Assembly (NCBI RefSeq): GCF_001194135.2
Contig: NC_068988.1
Coordinates: forward strand, 3,867,245 to 3,931,244
Direction of reading: 5' to 3'
From: Octopus bimaculoides
Taxonomy: Eukaryota
Length of the DNA stretch: 64,000 bases
Below, piece by piece: positions 1 to 13,203 of this stretch (the first letter of the stretch is position 1; each line of letters begins with the position of its first letter). The position numbers and the translations under genes were made by a program. Under the pieces are notes generated by a model, which did not search any database, had not been told where the DNA came from, and saw nothing but the letters and a program-made list of their open reading frames with translations.

Positions 1-333
1 TTGATGTGTGTCTCCTGAAATCTAGGACATATAATAAACTGACATGATAGCTATACTCATCTGCTCAAAGTAAAGGAAGGGTGAAAATAAAACAAAAACA
101 AAAACAAAGAAAGCAATTTTTTTCTTTTTTAGATTTGATCTTTTGCAGATACAATAATCGAAGCTATTCATTGTTAAAGCATATTAACAAGGTATCACTT
201 TTAAAGCATATTACATGGTATAGCACTTAAGAGGGTTTGCTGTTTTTGTTAATTCACTTTTTCTGTCTCTTAGACATTCAGATATTTTCTTTGATCTTCC
301 TATAAATTCTTCCAGAAAATCTCAGAATCTTAC

Positions 334-435
334 CTCACCACCTTGCCATGATCAAAAACAACAAACTTGATGTTTGTGCTGATAAAGTGGGTGAGATTTC
401 TGCAGAAGAGCTTCATTCCCACTATCTTGATGCCA
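334..435 (-). CDS. Candidate internal exon of an unidentified gene (phase 2-2), GIKIVGMKLFCRNLTHFISTNIKFVVFDHGKVV
   Basis: Acceptor ctcatcttttgtag, donor GAG|gtaaga, 102 nt, one open frame. No recognised homology and no linked in-frame neighbour. Confidence 0.35.
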
Positions 436-1169
436 CTACAAAAGATGAGTTTACTATCACATAAATTTCACATAACTCTCTCTTGGCAGCATTTTAAATA
501 TAAATCAATAGCCTTCATCCTAACCATGCACTTTCAATCTTTGCCGCACGACAAAAGCCACTCTAGTCATGTCCCTTTACAAGAGAGATTGCATACAAAT
601 ATACAAGTGATGAAAGAAAGTGAGAAAGTGAGGATGCAAAGGACAACAATAGGGAAAAGTCAATATATTTGAGCGATTGTCATAAATAAAAAGATTTTAT
701 TTATGTTTTTTTCTATTCATTTGATAGTGACCATTGTAAACCTCAACCTTAAATACATTTATATATGCAGAAGATTTCTTTTTTATCTAAAATATCTTCA
801 TAGCTTGAAAACTATAATAAAATATTTGTCTTCAATAATTCTATAGAAATAAATTTATTTGATTTCTAGTCTGCTCCTACTTCAGTTTTCAGTTACATCC
901 CATTTCACTCTCATACATAACTTTGCCTAAATTGCCTTTCATTGAAAATTTTGCCATAAACAATAGAATAATGCCAGAAACGTTCAAAACCAAATATAAA
1001 TGCTTAATTCACAAATAGCTTTGTGGGTTATAGTTGTGCATTAATTCTTTAAAAGTTGGGGAAGTAAATAATCTGCAACAAGCAGATAGGATTTATCTAA
1101 ACTACCACAGATAGCTCAAAGTATATTTTTCTGTTGTTAAATAAACATGACACAAAAGCTACTTAGTGA

Positions 1170-1355
1170 TTATTTCTAACATAGGCACAAGGCCAGAAAT
1201 TTGATGGGAGGGGTTAGTTGATTAAATTGATCAATGCTGGCAAGATAGAAGGTCAAGTCAACCTTCACAAAGTTGAACTCAGAATCTAAAGAGTTGTAAC
1301 GAAATAAAACTACAAGGCATTTTGTCTCTCATTCAGTTTTGCCAATCCTCTTCCA
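1170..1355 (-). mobile_element. Degenerate SINE, family B (ctgagttcaaattc...tgcctttcatcc...ggggtc core)
   Basis: Reverse-complement similarity to the copies at 19525 and 28700. Confidence 0.5.
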
Positions 1356-2324
1356 TAAGGCTATTTACTAATGAAAGAACCAATAATTGCATTTTTTTCC
1401 TAATCATTTTCTCAGTGCTCTGTACATTAAATGTGTTAACACTAATTCACATCATGATGATTCATGCCTGATTCTTCCTCAAGGATCAACTCATATCACA
1501 TAAAATTCATTTTTATCTAATTCAGTTAAGATTCAATTTCAGTTTCAAAATTATTCAAGGAATTTTACTTATAAAATTTAAACTTTTCCTTAGTTTTCCT
1601 TTGGGATTAGACATTTTAATCAGCTCATCTCCTTATCATTGTTTAGGGAAATATTCGAGTTATGAGGGAATTATCAAAAGCCGTGATTACCATCTTTATT
1701 TTGTTTTTATTCTTGGAATTTTATTAGTTAAGAATTTGAAAGAAGTATTTTCATCAGTATTTACTAGAAAATTATGGTCCCTTTAAAGGAAATTTAGCAC
1801 CAAATATTCATCTAAATGTACGCTATAAAATTAGAATCTTATAAAGGGAGATACTTCTGGAGGAATCCGTGTAGAACAGTTAAATTTTTTAATATGTTTT
1901 TTACTTTAAGTATTTCTTACCAATTCATGTTCAGACTTCTGTCTTGCAGTAAGTGCTTGCTTCCTTAACTTAGTGATAGTAAATAGGACAAAAGAATTGT
2001 AAGAAATACTCGTGTGATGATTGCAATCTTCTTAACCTCACATGGCATTTATTATTCTGTGAGTTAATTTAAATTCTTTTAGATCAATTAATTGAAGTAT
2101 TTTATTTCACGGTTTCTTATATTGTATTTTAAACTTTGGCTCTCACTAACATCTGCCTTTAACTGGCTACGTATAATACCATTCAAGTCTTTATGCATAT
2201 AATGAATATTTTAAGACTCTGTAATTATATTCATTAAATATTTTCTAAGATCATTCAATAGAAACTCCTTTTAGAATGTAAACTATAACAAGCAATTTGA
2301 TTTTCCGTAACTATTAAAGCTTAC

Positions 2325-2533
2325 CTGAATATAGAGAATTAGAACTGTATGAGTTGATGGCATTTCAAACCACAACAACAGACAATTACATCAAGGAACA
2401 GACTGATTACCATCCAAATGCCCAACTCTTCTTGCTTGCAATGCATTGGTAACGTGGATTGTAAACAACAAAAACATTGTAGAACTGACAAATGCTAAGT
2501 CAGTTTGTTGTATCCAGGGCCAAATTTTCTGTG
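2325..2533 (-). CDS. Candidate exon, QKIWPWIQQTDLAFVSSTMFLLFTIHVTNALQARRVGHLD...LYIQ
   Basis: Strong acceptor (tttctgttgttttcttcaacag), donor CAG|gtaagc, one frame open over 209 nt. Ends in phase 0, so it does not join the 334-435 exon directly. Confidence 0.3.
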
Positions 2534-2769
2534 CTGTTGAAGAAAACAACAGAAATCATAAGAATATATTTATGTGAAATGCCAAGGATCTGAATGTCTG
2601 GATATTATTGCATGAAAATAAAGTCTTCAACTTAGTCTTAGTAACCTAAAAGTTCATTAAATTTTTAATCACATGAAAACAAGTTGCTGACATGAATGCA
2701 ACTGTCAATTCGGTTTTATGTTGACAAATGTGGTGACTTCTCAAGTCTTTTCTGGTTCCACAGATATGC

Positions 2770-2874
2770 ATTTTGAAATGTTGAAGGAAGGTTTAATTTA
2801 ACTCACTTTATGAGGGGAAGTCTGTATCATAGAACCGGGGGCATTATCAGGCAAGCAGCTATGAAAAGGGTTAA
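2770..2874. mobile_element. 3' part of a TTAA-ended (piggyBac-type) MITE
   Basis: Ends aaaagggttaa and resembles the terminal part of 8563-8766. Confidence 0.45.
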
Positions 2875-3326
2875 TGCAAACCAAATGACTTATATTTAAG
2901 AATTTTATTTCATGGTAGCTGAACTGTTTGAGATTCGAGGTCTTTATTTGACATTGTAGACTTTTTCTTGGCAGTGTAATTATATATATATATATATACA
3001 TATACTAAATATACTTCAATTCTCTCTTTTCTTTTCTTTTTTTTTTAAATCAAATAGCAGATGAATCCATTTATTTGACAAATTGATAGAATTAGGAAAT
3101 GAAAATTTTGAAATTTATAAAAAGCATCTGGCTAAAAGAATTCTTGGTAATTTTTAAAATAATTTGAATGAAAATAATTCTGTTTTAGAGATGTAATGTT
3201 AACTGTATTGAAGCAGAATATAGTGATGGAAATCAGTAAATATGATTGGAAATGTTATAACAAAAAATTAAAACTGGATGGCTGATATCCTTTATCTAAG
3301 AGAATATTTAAAAAGAAGACTGTATC

Positions 3327-3358
<32 letters not shown>

Positions 3359-3828
3359 TAATAAAAATAATAATGATTATAACATCATCGTTAACCTTCT
3401 ATAATAAGAAACAAGAAATAATGTTGTAAAATATAAAAAGTGGACAACGAAAATAGAGAAATATCCCAAAGGTAAAAGTGTTCTGAAATATATACATATT
3501 TCATATTTGGAAAATAAGAAGCTAAAAATAATTTGCTGTATTTGTTTAAGCGTGATATTAAAAAGGAAAAGCAGATCAATGAAACAATAGGACACTGATT
3601 GGTTCAACTAACAACGTGGAAAATAACATGAAATATACTAAATAGAGGAGAAACATCTCAATTTCAGATCTAATAACAGAGAAGAATGAAATTAAATATC
3701 TTAGACAACATCAAAAATAGAAATTCAAACAGAATTCTTTAAATGGCAGCAAAAAGATAACCTCACTAACTGTCTCTTTCTTTCATATATATGTGTTCAT
3801 GTGTATACATATATATATATAGATCTAT

Positions 3829-3829
<1 letters not shown>

Positions 3830-3890
<61 letters not shown>

Positions 3891-3933
3891 GTATGTGCTA
3901 TATATATATATATATAGATAGATAGATAGATAT

Positions 3934-4003
<70 letters not shown>
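3830..4003. repeat. Compound microsatellite (CA)n(TA)n(GATA)n
   Basis: Read directly from the sequence. Confidence 0.95.
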
Positions 4004-4004
<1 letters not shown>

Positions 4005-4012
4005 TATTATCA

Positions 4013-4790
4013 TGTGTGGTATCTTCCCAATTGTATGTCCATGTTACTTGGATAACCTACCAAAAGCATCTTAAACATCTGGAGCAGTTCTACCAGCAGT
4101 GTCTACATTGGACCTTGGGCCTGTGTTGAAAGATGCATGAGTGATGTGGAAGTCCTTCAAAGGAGTTACATTTGAAGTACTGAGTCTATCATTTCTCACA
4201 GTTGTCTCCTTGGGTGGGTCACTTAGTGAAAATGTAGAATTTCAGGGCTATGAAGCAACTCCTGTATGATGAACTGAGGAAAGGAAAGCCTGCACCTCAT
4301 AAACATAAGCTGAGGTTCAAAGACTGCTTAAAAACATCTTTGAAAAAGGATAACATCTTGGAAAAGAAATGCAAAGAAATTGCAACTAACTGCACAAAAT
4401 GGAGGAAAGAAGTATATGACAAAAGCAAGAACTTTGAAATGGATCAAAGAAATCAAGAGAAGTTGAATAGAGATTCTAAAAAGGGTAGGGATGTGATATT
4501 ACCAAGTAATGTGGGTAACAAGAATGAGCTGAGAAGTGATGAATATGGGAGAATCTACTCCAGCATAGCAGAACGGAAGAGTCACGGAAGAGGCCATGTA
4601 CAAAGAATTGACTTGGATTGCACCATACACAGCATAACATGTCATGAATGCAGCAATGTTTGTCTATCAGGTCGGGAATAGAAACATTACATGAAAGTGC
4701 ATGATGACCAACAGGTGGCTCCTGTTGTTGGGGGCAATCATGTATGTAACCCTAACATGTATGTGGGTCACTTGCATTTTAGATGGTAGA
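4013..4790 (+). mobile_element. RTE-clade LINE, 5'-truncated and decayed, C-terminal ORF region with two degenerate C2H2 fingers
   Basis: Translates to CVVSSQLYVHVTWITYQKHLKHLEQFYQQCL...MKQLLYDELRKGK...KLRFKDCLKTSLK...WRKEV, matching the RTE post-RT consensus. Contains frameshifts and stops. Confidence 0.9.
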
Positions 4791-5169
4791 GGTATATCCT
4801 TGAGTGATACATCAACTTCAATATACTCCATCTTCTACCAGTATAATCCAAATAATATAATGATTTATTTTTTACTATTTATCCATTTATTTATAAGAGT
4901 ATAAATAAAATGAATAAATAAACAAACCAAATGTAGGTCTGGTCTTGTCAATGTATTAATAAACTTTCATTAATCTCTTATCTCCATCTTCTCTCTTGGT
5001 TTTTAATAATATTGATAATAATATATATGTGTGTGCCTATATTGCTAGGTATTCAACCAGTTTAATCTTGGATATTTTTATCCCTCCGAGGTTTATATCC
5101 TCACCTCTACTTTGATCTATATTATAACAATAATTAATTGGTTTGTTTGGGAAAGAGGTAAAGAAAAAA

Positions 5170-5346
5170 ACAATGGAGGCATTAAAAGGTGTCACTTTGC
5201 AAGATTTCCAGCATTGCTTTGGATTGTGGAAAACACAACTGAATCAATGCTTTGAATGGAGAATACTTTGAAGGGGATAAAATTGTAAACTAAGTGAATA
5301 GAATAATATTGCAAAATTCTGGTTTCTTTTGGGTACCCCCTTCGTA
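5170..5346 (+). mobile_element. Mariner/Tc1 transposon 3' end with terminal inverted repeat
   Basis: EALKGVTLQDFQHCFGLWK...GEYFEGD* C-terminus followed by ttttgggtacccccttcgTA. Confidence 0.8.
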
Positions 5347-7431
5347 TGTGTTTGAATATTCCACATATTTTCCTTTAATTGACATCTATAGCATTATTGC
5401 AAATATCAAGAAGAACCAACTAGGTATTATCTTGAAACCTTATTCTTGGTCAAGCCTTAGGATTCCTACCAGCTGGTTTGGCTTGAAGAATACATTTTGC
5501 AATTCTTTTTTATGACATTCTAATCACGTCAAAAGAACTGGAGCTGTGACATCTCTATCATAAGGAGTAGTGGTTCAATCTGGAGAGGCCCTCTCATCTC
5601 CCAGCTACACATCTTGTTGAGCATCATACAAACAGACAGGGGATGTTGAGAAAGAATTCTAAAAGTCTTTTAAATTTCAAGTATGTACTCTTCCAAAGAA
5701 GAAATAGATGAGGAGAAAAAAAAATGGAGAAAGAAAAGAACAAACATAGTCTCAGCTAGAAAAGACACTACATGTTGAAATGACCAGAAGAGGAAGAGGA
5801 CACAAAAGGCATGACTGGGAAGTGAAACATCTTTGACTTGAGGCATGGGTAGGAAGGGAGAAAATGGTGACCTGTGAACAAGCACGTGTGGGAATGAAGC
5901 GAATGTGTACATGTATATTCTGTCTCTCATGCATGTGTATGGCTGCATACATGTGTGTGGGAGGCTGTTGTGTTTGTGCATGTGTGTATATGTCTGTATT
6001 TTCTGTTTATATATATGTTCAAATACACATACACACAACAATATACATATTAATGTTATGTATTCAGCTACCAAACCTTCCATGACAAATAAGCATTGAC
6101 CCAGTCTTTGTTCAGTGAATACAGTTTCATTCACACAACGTTGCCTGAACAAGCACAGATGTATAACGACGCTGAATAGCATTGGAGTTAATAATCAACT
6201 GCTTCAATACATATATCTCTATGTGTAGATGCATCTATACGAGAGTCTGTGTTAAAATAATGCTATTATTTGGAATCAATTTTACAACCGAGCATTTACT
6301 GATGGTATGATTCTGCATTGAGAGCAGAGTTGACTCTGTGTGTGTGTGTGTGTCTCTCTCTCTCTTTCACTATATATACTTACACACACACACACCACAT
6401 ATATATATAGAACCAGTTTCTATATTGAAATTATTAATTCTTTTTTTCATTTCTATTTATAATAAACACAAATGAGAAAGGAATAAAATTATTTTAATAT
6501 AAAAAACAAGTGAATGGGAGAATATATACAAGATCTGCTTAATTTTTTTCCTTACATTTTTTTGTTGTGGCTGATAAGTTTTCTTTTTATTTTATTAAGT
6601 TACTATTTCTGATCAATTCTTCTTGTTGAATTATTTTCTTTCTGAATATTCTCGAATATTCTACATTTCAACTTAACTTAAATTTTTCTACTCAGTTAAT
6701 TCTTCAAAGGATTTTCAGTATATATTTACATTTTTATCTTGTTAATCTTTCTATTACTGATATTCTTATTATTATACGTGCAGAGTGATTTTTAATAATA
6801 TCCTTAAGCATAAGAACCATTTATCTTTTACAGTTGACATAAACAGTTTCTTGTAAACAATATTCAAACATAAAATTAGAACTATAACAGAAGAAATATT
6901 ATTTTGATATATGTGAGATTGCACACACACACACACACACACACGCACACACGGGTGTATAACACATTCATATATTTATACATTTTTATTTATTTACCAG
7001 TTTCTTTCCCTGGACAGCAGCCATGTCAAGAACCAACATCAAATATTTTGTCATTCATCACAACCCAGCATTTATTTCAGTTTGGTAATTATTTTATTGA
7101 TCTCTGTTATATTGATCTCCATTGATGTAAGTGCTAAATAATGGCTAAAGAACAAACATGGGACACAATTTCGGTGATTCTCAGCTAAGAATAGGCGCGT
7201 AGTCCAATTTTTTCTGCCTAAATATATCTATGATGACCGCCAACTCAATTTCATTTCTCATTACCAACATATGCCAGTATTTCAGACTCGACAGAACTTC
7301 TACTACAAACCATTGGATGACTGTTTAACCCTAATTTTGGTTTAAATTTTGTGTAATAAATATTAATTGTTAATTGGAAATCTTTTGCACTCTTGAAGAC
7401 GGTTCCCCTAACATCATTGCAGTTCATTAGT

Positions 7432-7501
7432 ATGGCTGGCTCCTGTCAAACTGTCCAACCCATGCCAGCATGGAAGGTGGTCGTTAAACGATGATGATGA
7501 C
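7432..7501 (+). mobile_element. 3' tail of SINE family C (ccaacccatgccagcatgg...ttaaacgatgatg)
   Basis: Matches the tails at 13327, 20675, 31961 and 47250. Confidence 0.7.
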
Positions 7502-8562
7502 GTGCGTGTGTGTGCATGTGTATATGCCCGCACACTGATATATAACTGGATGTATATATTTACACATACATACACACATGTAAATATATACATATATAAG
7601 AAAATGTGTACATACATCAAGTTCAAACATTTGTGATTAATCTGTTAAAATGCATAATTTTGTCACTGCTCTTCTAACAAGCAATAGTAGTTCGCATCTG
7701 AACCTACTTGATGTTATTAAAACCAATATTGTTTACAGATTTGCAGAGCTTGTTTCCATTGTCAATGAATCCTTGCCAGATAATGTAATGCTCTCAAAGA
7801 AATATATTTTTGCATACAAAAACATCTACTTACTTAATAAAGACTATTTTTCTTAAATTTTCTGTCATTACATTGCTGGCTTATAATGAAATTTCATTTA
7901 AACAGTTCAAACTGAACTTTTGAACATTTTATTTTCCAAATGTTGCAATTTGTGAGGTCTTTTTGTGAAGTATTTCCAGGCTTACTTGTTATACTACAAG
8001 GTTTCACAGTTTTGCATGACTACAAATGCTTAACATACTTCTCTTGTTATTGATATTATACTGCAAGGAATTACTTCAGAATTTTTTAACCAAATGACCA
8101 TTACTTGATAATATCAGCTTTGACTATTTCATCAGAATTCCTCTGGAATCAACAAGGTACTCTTTAGTAGCCTTGTAGAAATTCTTTTTCATGTAAAATG
8201 TAAAAAACTCACAAATAAAACTATATCGTAACTACACCTAATTTGGAGTGAGTTCTTGCAGGATGAATGGGAGAAGAATAATTCATACAAATGGTGATCT
8301 CAACTAAAGAAAAACATTTCTGATCTGATAGCCTCATGAAAAAACATTGATGTTCCAGGAATTACGACAGACTATAAAAACGTCTTTGTGCCACAGGAAC
8401 AAAAATGTTCTTCCTTTCATCCTTGCAATTTTATTCATTCTTGATTTACATTCAAGCCAACAATGTCAGATCTGGTTGAAGATATTATTGACAAATCAGC
8501 TACAGAATGGAAACGTATAGGTGCACAGGCAGTGGTCAGTATTAATCTCCCCCACTTTTGCC

Positions 8563-8766
8563 TTAACTCTTTAGTGACCATATTCCTGCTGAAATAAAGT
8601 CGTTGTTTCAATTAGTTTTAAAGATAATGGGGAATTTAATAAAATAACTTTGTTGTTATTTAGCTGGTGTTCATTAACATGAAATTTTCATGGAAGATTT
8701 TAAGTTAGATCACTTTAAAACGGAAAATTTGTGTCAAAGAACCAGGAATTGTATCAAAAGGGTTAA
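8563..8766. mobile_element. TTAA-flanked MITE (piggyBac-type termini)
   Basis: Termini TTAActcttt ... aaagggTTAA; non-coding; related to 2770-2874. Confidence 0.6.
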
Positions 8767-9179
8767 CAACCATGCTATCTGGTTTACACTGATCCAGATT
8801 CATTTCATCACCAGGTATGTTAATACTGAAACTATTTATTGCATTCTGGTCTTCCGCCAGCCTAGCAGAACTCAAGAAGTCACACAATTTACTCATTGTT
8901 TCCGAGGTACTGTTAGTTGTACAGTTCTGAAAAAAGAATTAAATGCATATCAAAGGGAGATCACCATCAACAATAGCTTTCTCCAAAGCTTTAAATTTTT
9001 CCTCCTTTTTAACAACAACCAGTAAAATAAAGGCAGGTTTACTCAAGATTTAATTCCTTTTATTTATTCTTGTTTTTAAGAAATTTACTTAAAGCAGTGT
9101 TGTTATCAACATTAGCAAATCTTTTGTATGTGTCTCACACGGGAGTCTCCAGTTAAACTAACCTCCTATGAACTTCATC

Positions 9180-9470
9180 TCTCAAACTGGTGGCTTCTTG
9201 TCAGATCACACAAACCTATGTTAAGGAAGCTCTTGCTGACCTTTGCCAGCCTCAGAGTTTCATTTTGACTCCCACACACATCTTTTTATACATGAACAAC
9301 ATGTTACCCCAACAATGACCACTCCTACACAGAAACCCACTCTATTCTTTTCTAACCATATCCTTCCAAACATTGCTACATGCAATCTTGGCCAAAGCAG
9401 GCCAAACTTGCTCTGATTGCAGTAACTGCAAACACATTGATAGAATCGTACCAATCTTGCTTTCATAAAG
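9180..9470 (-). mobile_element. Possible L1/Tx1-clade LINE 3' remnant
   Basis: VAMFGRIWLEKNR resembles the L1-clade A..W.IW..RN motif; otherwise highly decayed. Confidence 0.3.
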
Positions 9471-9742
9471 AGCAGAAAGATAGAATCACAGCATATTAAG
9501 AAAACACGACTGATCCTCCTCTTAGACTGAACACAAGCAGTTCAATACTAAAACCCCAATTAACAATTCAAATAACCTGTTATCCAAATGCCAGCCTTGA
9601 CATTTTCTGTGTCATGTTGAATTTTCTTGAGAATAACATTAAAGGTATGTCTGTGGAGTACTCAGGTACTTGCACATCAATTTCACAAACTGATTGTTCT
9701 TTTGATCAAATGGAAAACTCATTGTCATAACCGATGGAGAGT

Positions 9743-9785
<43 letters not shown>

Positions 9786-9991
9786 CAGATATGTATTTGC
9801 GTAGGAAGTGACTTGATCTGAGATTGTGTGCTGAAACAAAAACAATTGCAGCATGGAAGGTGTTTAAAAGCTATTTGAAAACACACAAAAATCATTTGAT
9901 TCACTTCAATATTTAAATTTAATTTGTCAAAACATTTTTGTCACTTTGAAACTGTGACCTGTTCACTGACAAAATTCCATGCTGCATGGAA

Positions 9992-10175
9992 TACAGGAGG
10001 ATCAATTAATTATGATTTTATTCAACATATTCCCCTCTAAAATTCATACACTAATCACAGTGGTCCTTCAGTTTTTTTTAAGCCTTGTAAAAGAATTTGG
10101 AAGGTTGAGCCTCCAGTCAGGCCTTTCATGACACCCTTGAAGCCAGGAACTTCTCAGTGCCCCTAGTATAATCTA
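9992..10175 (-). mobile_element. Mariner transposase C-terminal remnant
   Basis: Minus strand gives FYKA.KKLKDHCD*CMNFRGEYVE* (frameshifted), like mariner FY..GI.KL..RW.KC....GEYVE*. Confidence 0.6.
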
Positions 10176-10344
10176 ATCTCAAAAATCGACCACTCTATCA
10201 GCTTGGACAGAACTCTACTTCAGTCAGCCTTATATTTCCTAATATACATCATTGGATTATAAACAGCAGCTTTAAGAATAGATGAGTATTGTATTAAAGT
10301 GGTTACCAAAGATTGTGTCCAAGAGTAGATGGTCCACACTTTTT

Positions 10345-10552
10345 TCTTAAATAAATTCTTTTATCCGTTTCAGTCATTTGACTGTGGCCATGCTGGAGCA
10401 CCGACTTTAGTTGAACAAATCAACCCCGAGACTTATGCTTTAGTACTTATTCTATCAGTTTCTTTTTCCAAGCCACTAAGTTACAGGGATACAAATTCAC
10501 CAACATCGGTTATCAAGTGATGGAGAGGGGACAATCGCAGACACACAAACAT

Positions 10553-10591
<39 letters not shown>

Positions 10592-10634
10592 CATTTCATT
10601 TCAAAGTTTCAGCCCAGAGCTGCGGCCATGCTGA

Positions 10635-10682
<48 letters not shown>

Positions 10683-10838
10683 AAGGGCTTCTATCAGTTT
10701 CTATCTACCAAATCAATTCACAAGGCTTTGGTTGGCCCGAGGCTATAGTAGAAACCACTTGCCCAAGATACCATGTAGTAGGACTGAACCCTGAGTCATG
10801 TGGTTGGTAAGCAAGCTACTTACCACACAGCCACTCCT
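10345..10838 (-). mobile_element. SINE family A (tRNA-like head, internal microsatellite, 3' module), near full length
   Basis: A/B-box-like head and close similarity to copies at 32310, 55167 and 59874. Confidence 0.9.
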
Positions 10839-11347
10839 CTATATGTCAATAATGGCCAGGGAATGTAAACTTGAGAGGTTTGTGAAAGGAAAACTCAGAG
10901 CAAATGTCATCCAAATTTATAATAATTTTCAACATAAGGTTTTGTGGTAAATTAGGATTCATTATACATTTGCAGTAATTAATCTGATGAAATGCAAAAA
11001 TTTTAATTAAACAAGGCAATTGTTATTTCAAGGGGAGATAAATATTGTTGATCAATGCTTAATAAGAACAAACAAAAGTAAGATTGACAACTGGAATTTC
11101 TTCTTTAATTAGAGCTCACATCAGAGTTACAATTAATTAAAATCATTTAAATAATAACCGAATTTCTGTCCTAAAAATACCTTAGTAGTTTCAAAGATGG
11201 TAAAGTGAAGAAAAAAGAAAACAATAAAAAATTCTTGCAAACAAAAATGTGTTGCATATATGTGAGGTGCCACAACCAAATCAGTTTTTAGAGACCATGT
11301 GAGAGGAATTTGCTGGACAGATACTATGTGAAAATATTTGTGTGTGT

Positions 11348-11378
<31 letters not shown>

Positions 11379-11811
11379 CGTGTGTGTGTGTGTGTGTGTG
11401 CACGCATGTGTGTGTGTGTGCACGCGAGTGCGTGAGAATGTGTTTGTGAGTGTGTGTGCTATTGTCTGCTATCTTAGGCAATTACCTTTACCATAGCTTA
11501 AGTTGAACTGAGCCTTGGGAGCGAATCTGTGTCAGACAAAGACTGTGCAGAAGGATGTCAAAGCAACTGAAACTGTAATTCGAAAGTTCAACCTTGTGAC
11601 ACTGTGCCCTAGAGATTTTAATCAAGCATTGTTAAAAACTCAAACATCTATGGAATACCCAACCACACTGCACTGAATTGGTAGAGCATTCGATTGAATA
11701 GCTGAATGTTCCTATGTTCAAATCAGTGGGAGGAGAGTTCATTGTGTATGTGTGTGTAGACTTGCCGGCATGTATGTATGTAGAGATTCTGCAAGCATAC
11801 ATTGCTAAAAG

Positions 11812-12065
11812 TGGAGGCACGTGGCTTGGTGTTTATAGTGTTGTATTCATAAACATAAGTTTGTAGTTTCGATTCCTGGACCAGGCATTGCATTGTGTTC
11901 TTGAATAAAACAAGTCATTTCACATTACTCCAGTTCACTCAGCAGACAGAAACTAGTGTTTCTTTGACAGAGCAGCGTCCCATCCAGAACGGAAAATATA
12001 CACCACAGAAACCAGGAAACCAGCTTTACGAATCTCTATGATATGAGAAGGAGATTTAACCTTTT
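11812..12065 (+). mobile_element. Degenerate tRNA-derived SINE of another family
   Basis: Head ggaggcacgtggcttggtg...gtttcgattcc (A/B-box-like), then a SINE-type body ending gatttaacctttt. Only one copy seen. Confidence 0.5.
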
Positions 12066-13203
12066 AGTGGTAAAAAAAAAATACAAACATCAATGAGAAA
12101 CCAAAAGAATAAGCAAATTCCGAGTCACTCTCATCACCAGAAAAAAAGATAACAGACCAACAATTGGTCGATTGGAAGCCTGGAACCATTGACGATTCTG
12201 TTCATGAAATGTGATGTTAAATAAATGAGAGCTTGAAATCCTTTGGAGATAGTCTTATTAATATTCATTTCCTACAGCTATCATGTAATCAAGAATAGTT
12301 TATCAATCGTTTATTTGATGTTTGATACAATAAAATTCAGAAGAGGTTTTTGTGGTCTTTTGCCTCTGTAGTGTATCGTGTTTTGTAGTATTTCGCTGAT
12401 GGGTGGATATTGAATTGTTTCTGTGGATTATCTTGTTAAAACTATTTCTCTGATATTCCTGTTAGTTAGTAATTGAATATTTTATGGTGTCTATTGTATA
12501 TTTTGAACAGTTTGGGGACTTGCCACAATATTAGACTATTTATATTTATTTCATAATATATAAGAGAGAGAAAAAGAGAGAGAAAGAGAGAGAAGAGGGA
12601 AAAAGAAAGAGAAGGAGAGGGAAAGAAAGAAAACATGATGTTGAAAATGAGTGAGAATAGATGTAATGCAATAGGAAGAAGTGTTTATTTTATCATAGGA
12701 TAAATGTAATAAATTGGATCATTTCCTGATTCATTTAACAGATCTAACATTTGAATTTGTGACACTCTTTTCATAATATTTCCAGTGATTCTAATGCTTA
12801 CTGGAAGCATCAAATATATCTTGGCGTTTTTATGGATCATCTAATGCATTAAATATTGCAGCAAATTGAGAATCACTAATGATACTACTACTACTATTAT
12901 TACCACTACTACTTCTACTACAACTAACAACAGCAACAGCAACAACAATGACACTAATCATAATAAAATAAGCATTAACAGAGAACTTGAAGCTGAGTCT
13001 GAAAGATTCTAGGTTGTGGCACATGAACAGAGTTTTCCCATCAGAAACCCTTAAAAGTAGGTAATGAAGCAAAATATAATAAGTCAAGAACAGATAGAGA
13101 GAAAGAAGAATTAAGTAGCCACATTTCCTCCGGTTATCCAGAGTTAGCCATGAAAGACTACATCTATAGGCATGTGAGATATGGAGCTAGCAAACACCAG
13201 AGG

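Noticed and set aside
2763-2789. Small plus-strand exon DMHFEMLKE
   Set aside because: Weak donor, and it overlaps a MITE remnant.
7018-7084. Plus-strand exon candidate with a NAGNAG acceptor
   Set aside because: All three frames are open, so there is no frame information, and no homology was recognised; similar short candidates at 149-191 and ~53736-53775 were also left out.
8690-9025. 111-aa ORF
   Set aside because: Begins inside the TTAA MITE and has no coherent protein motif.
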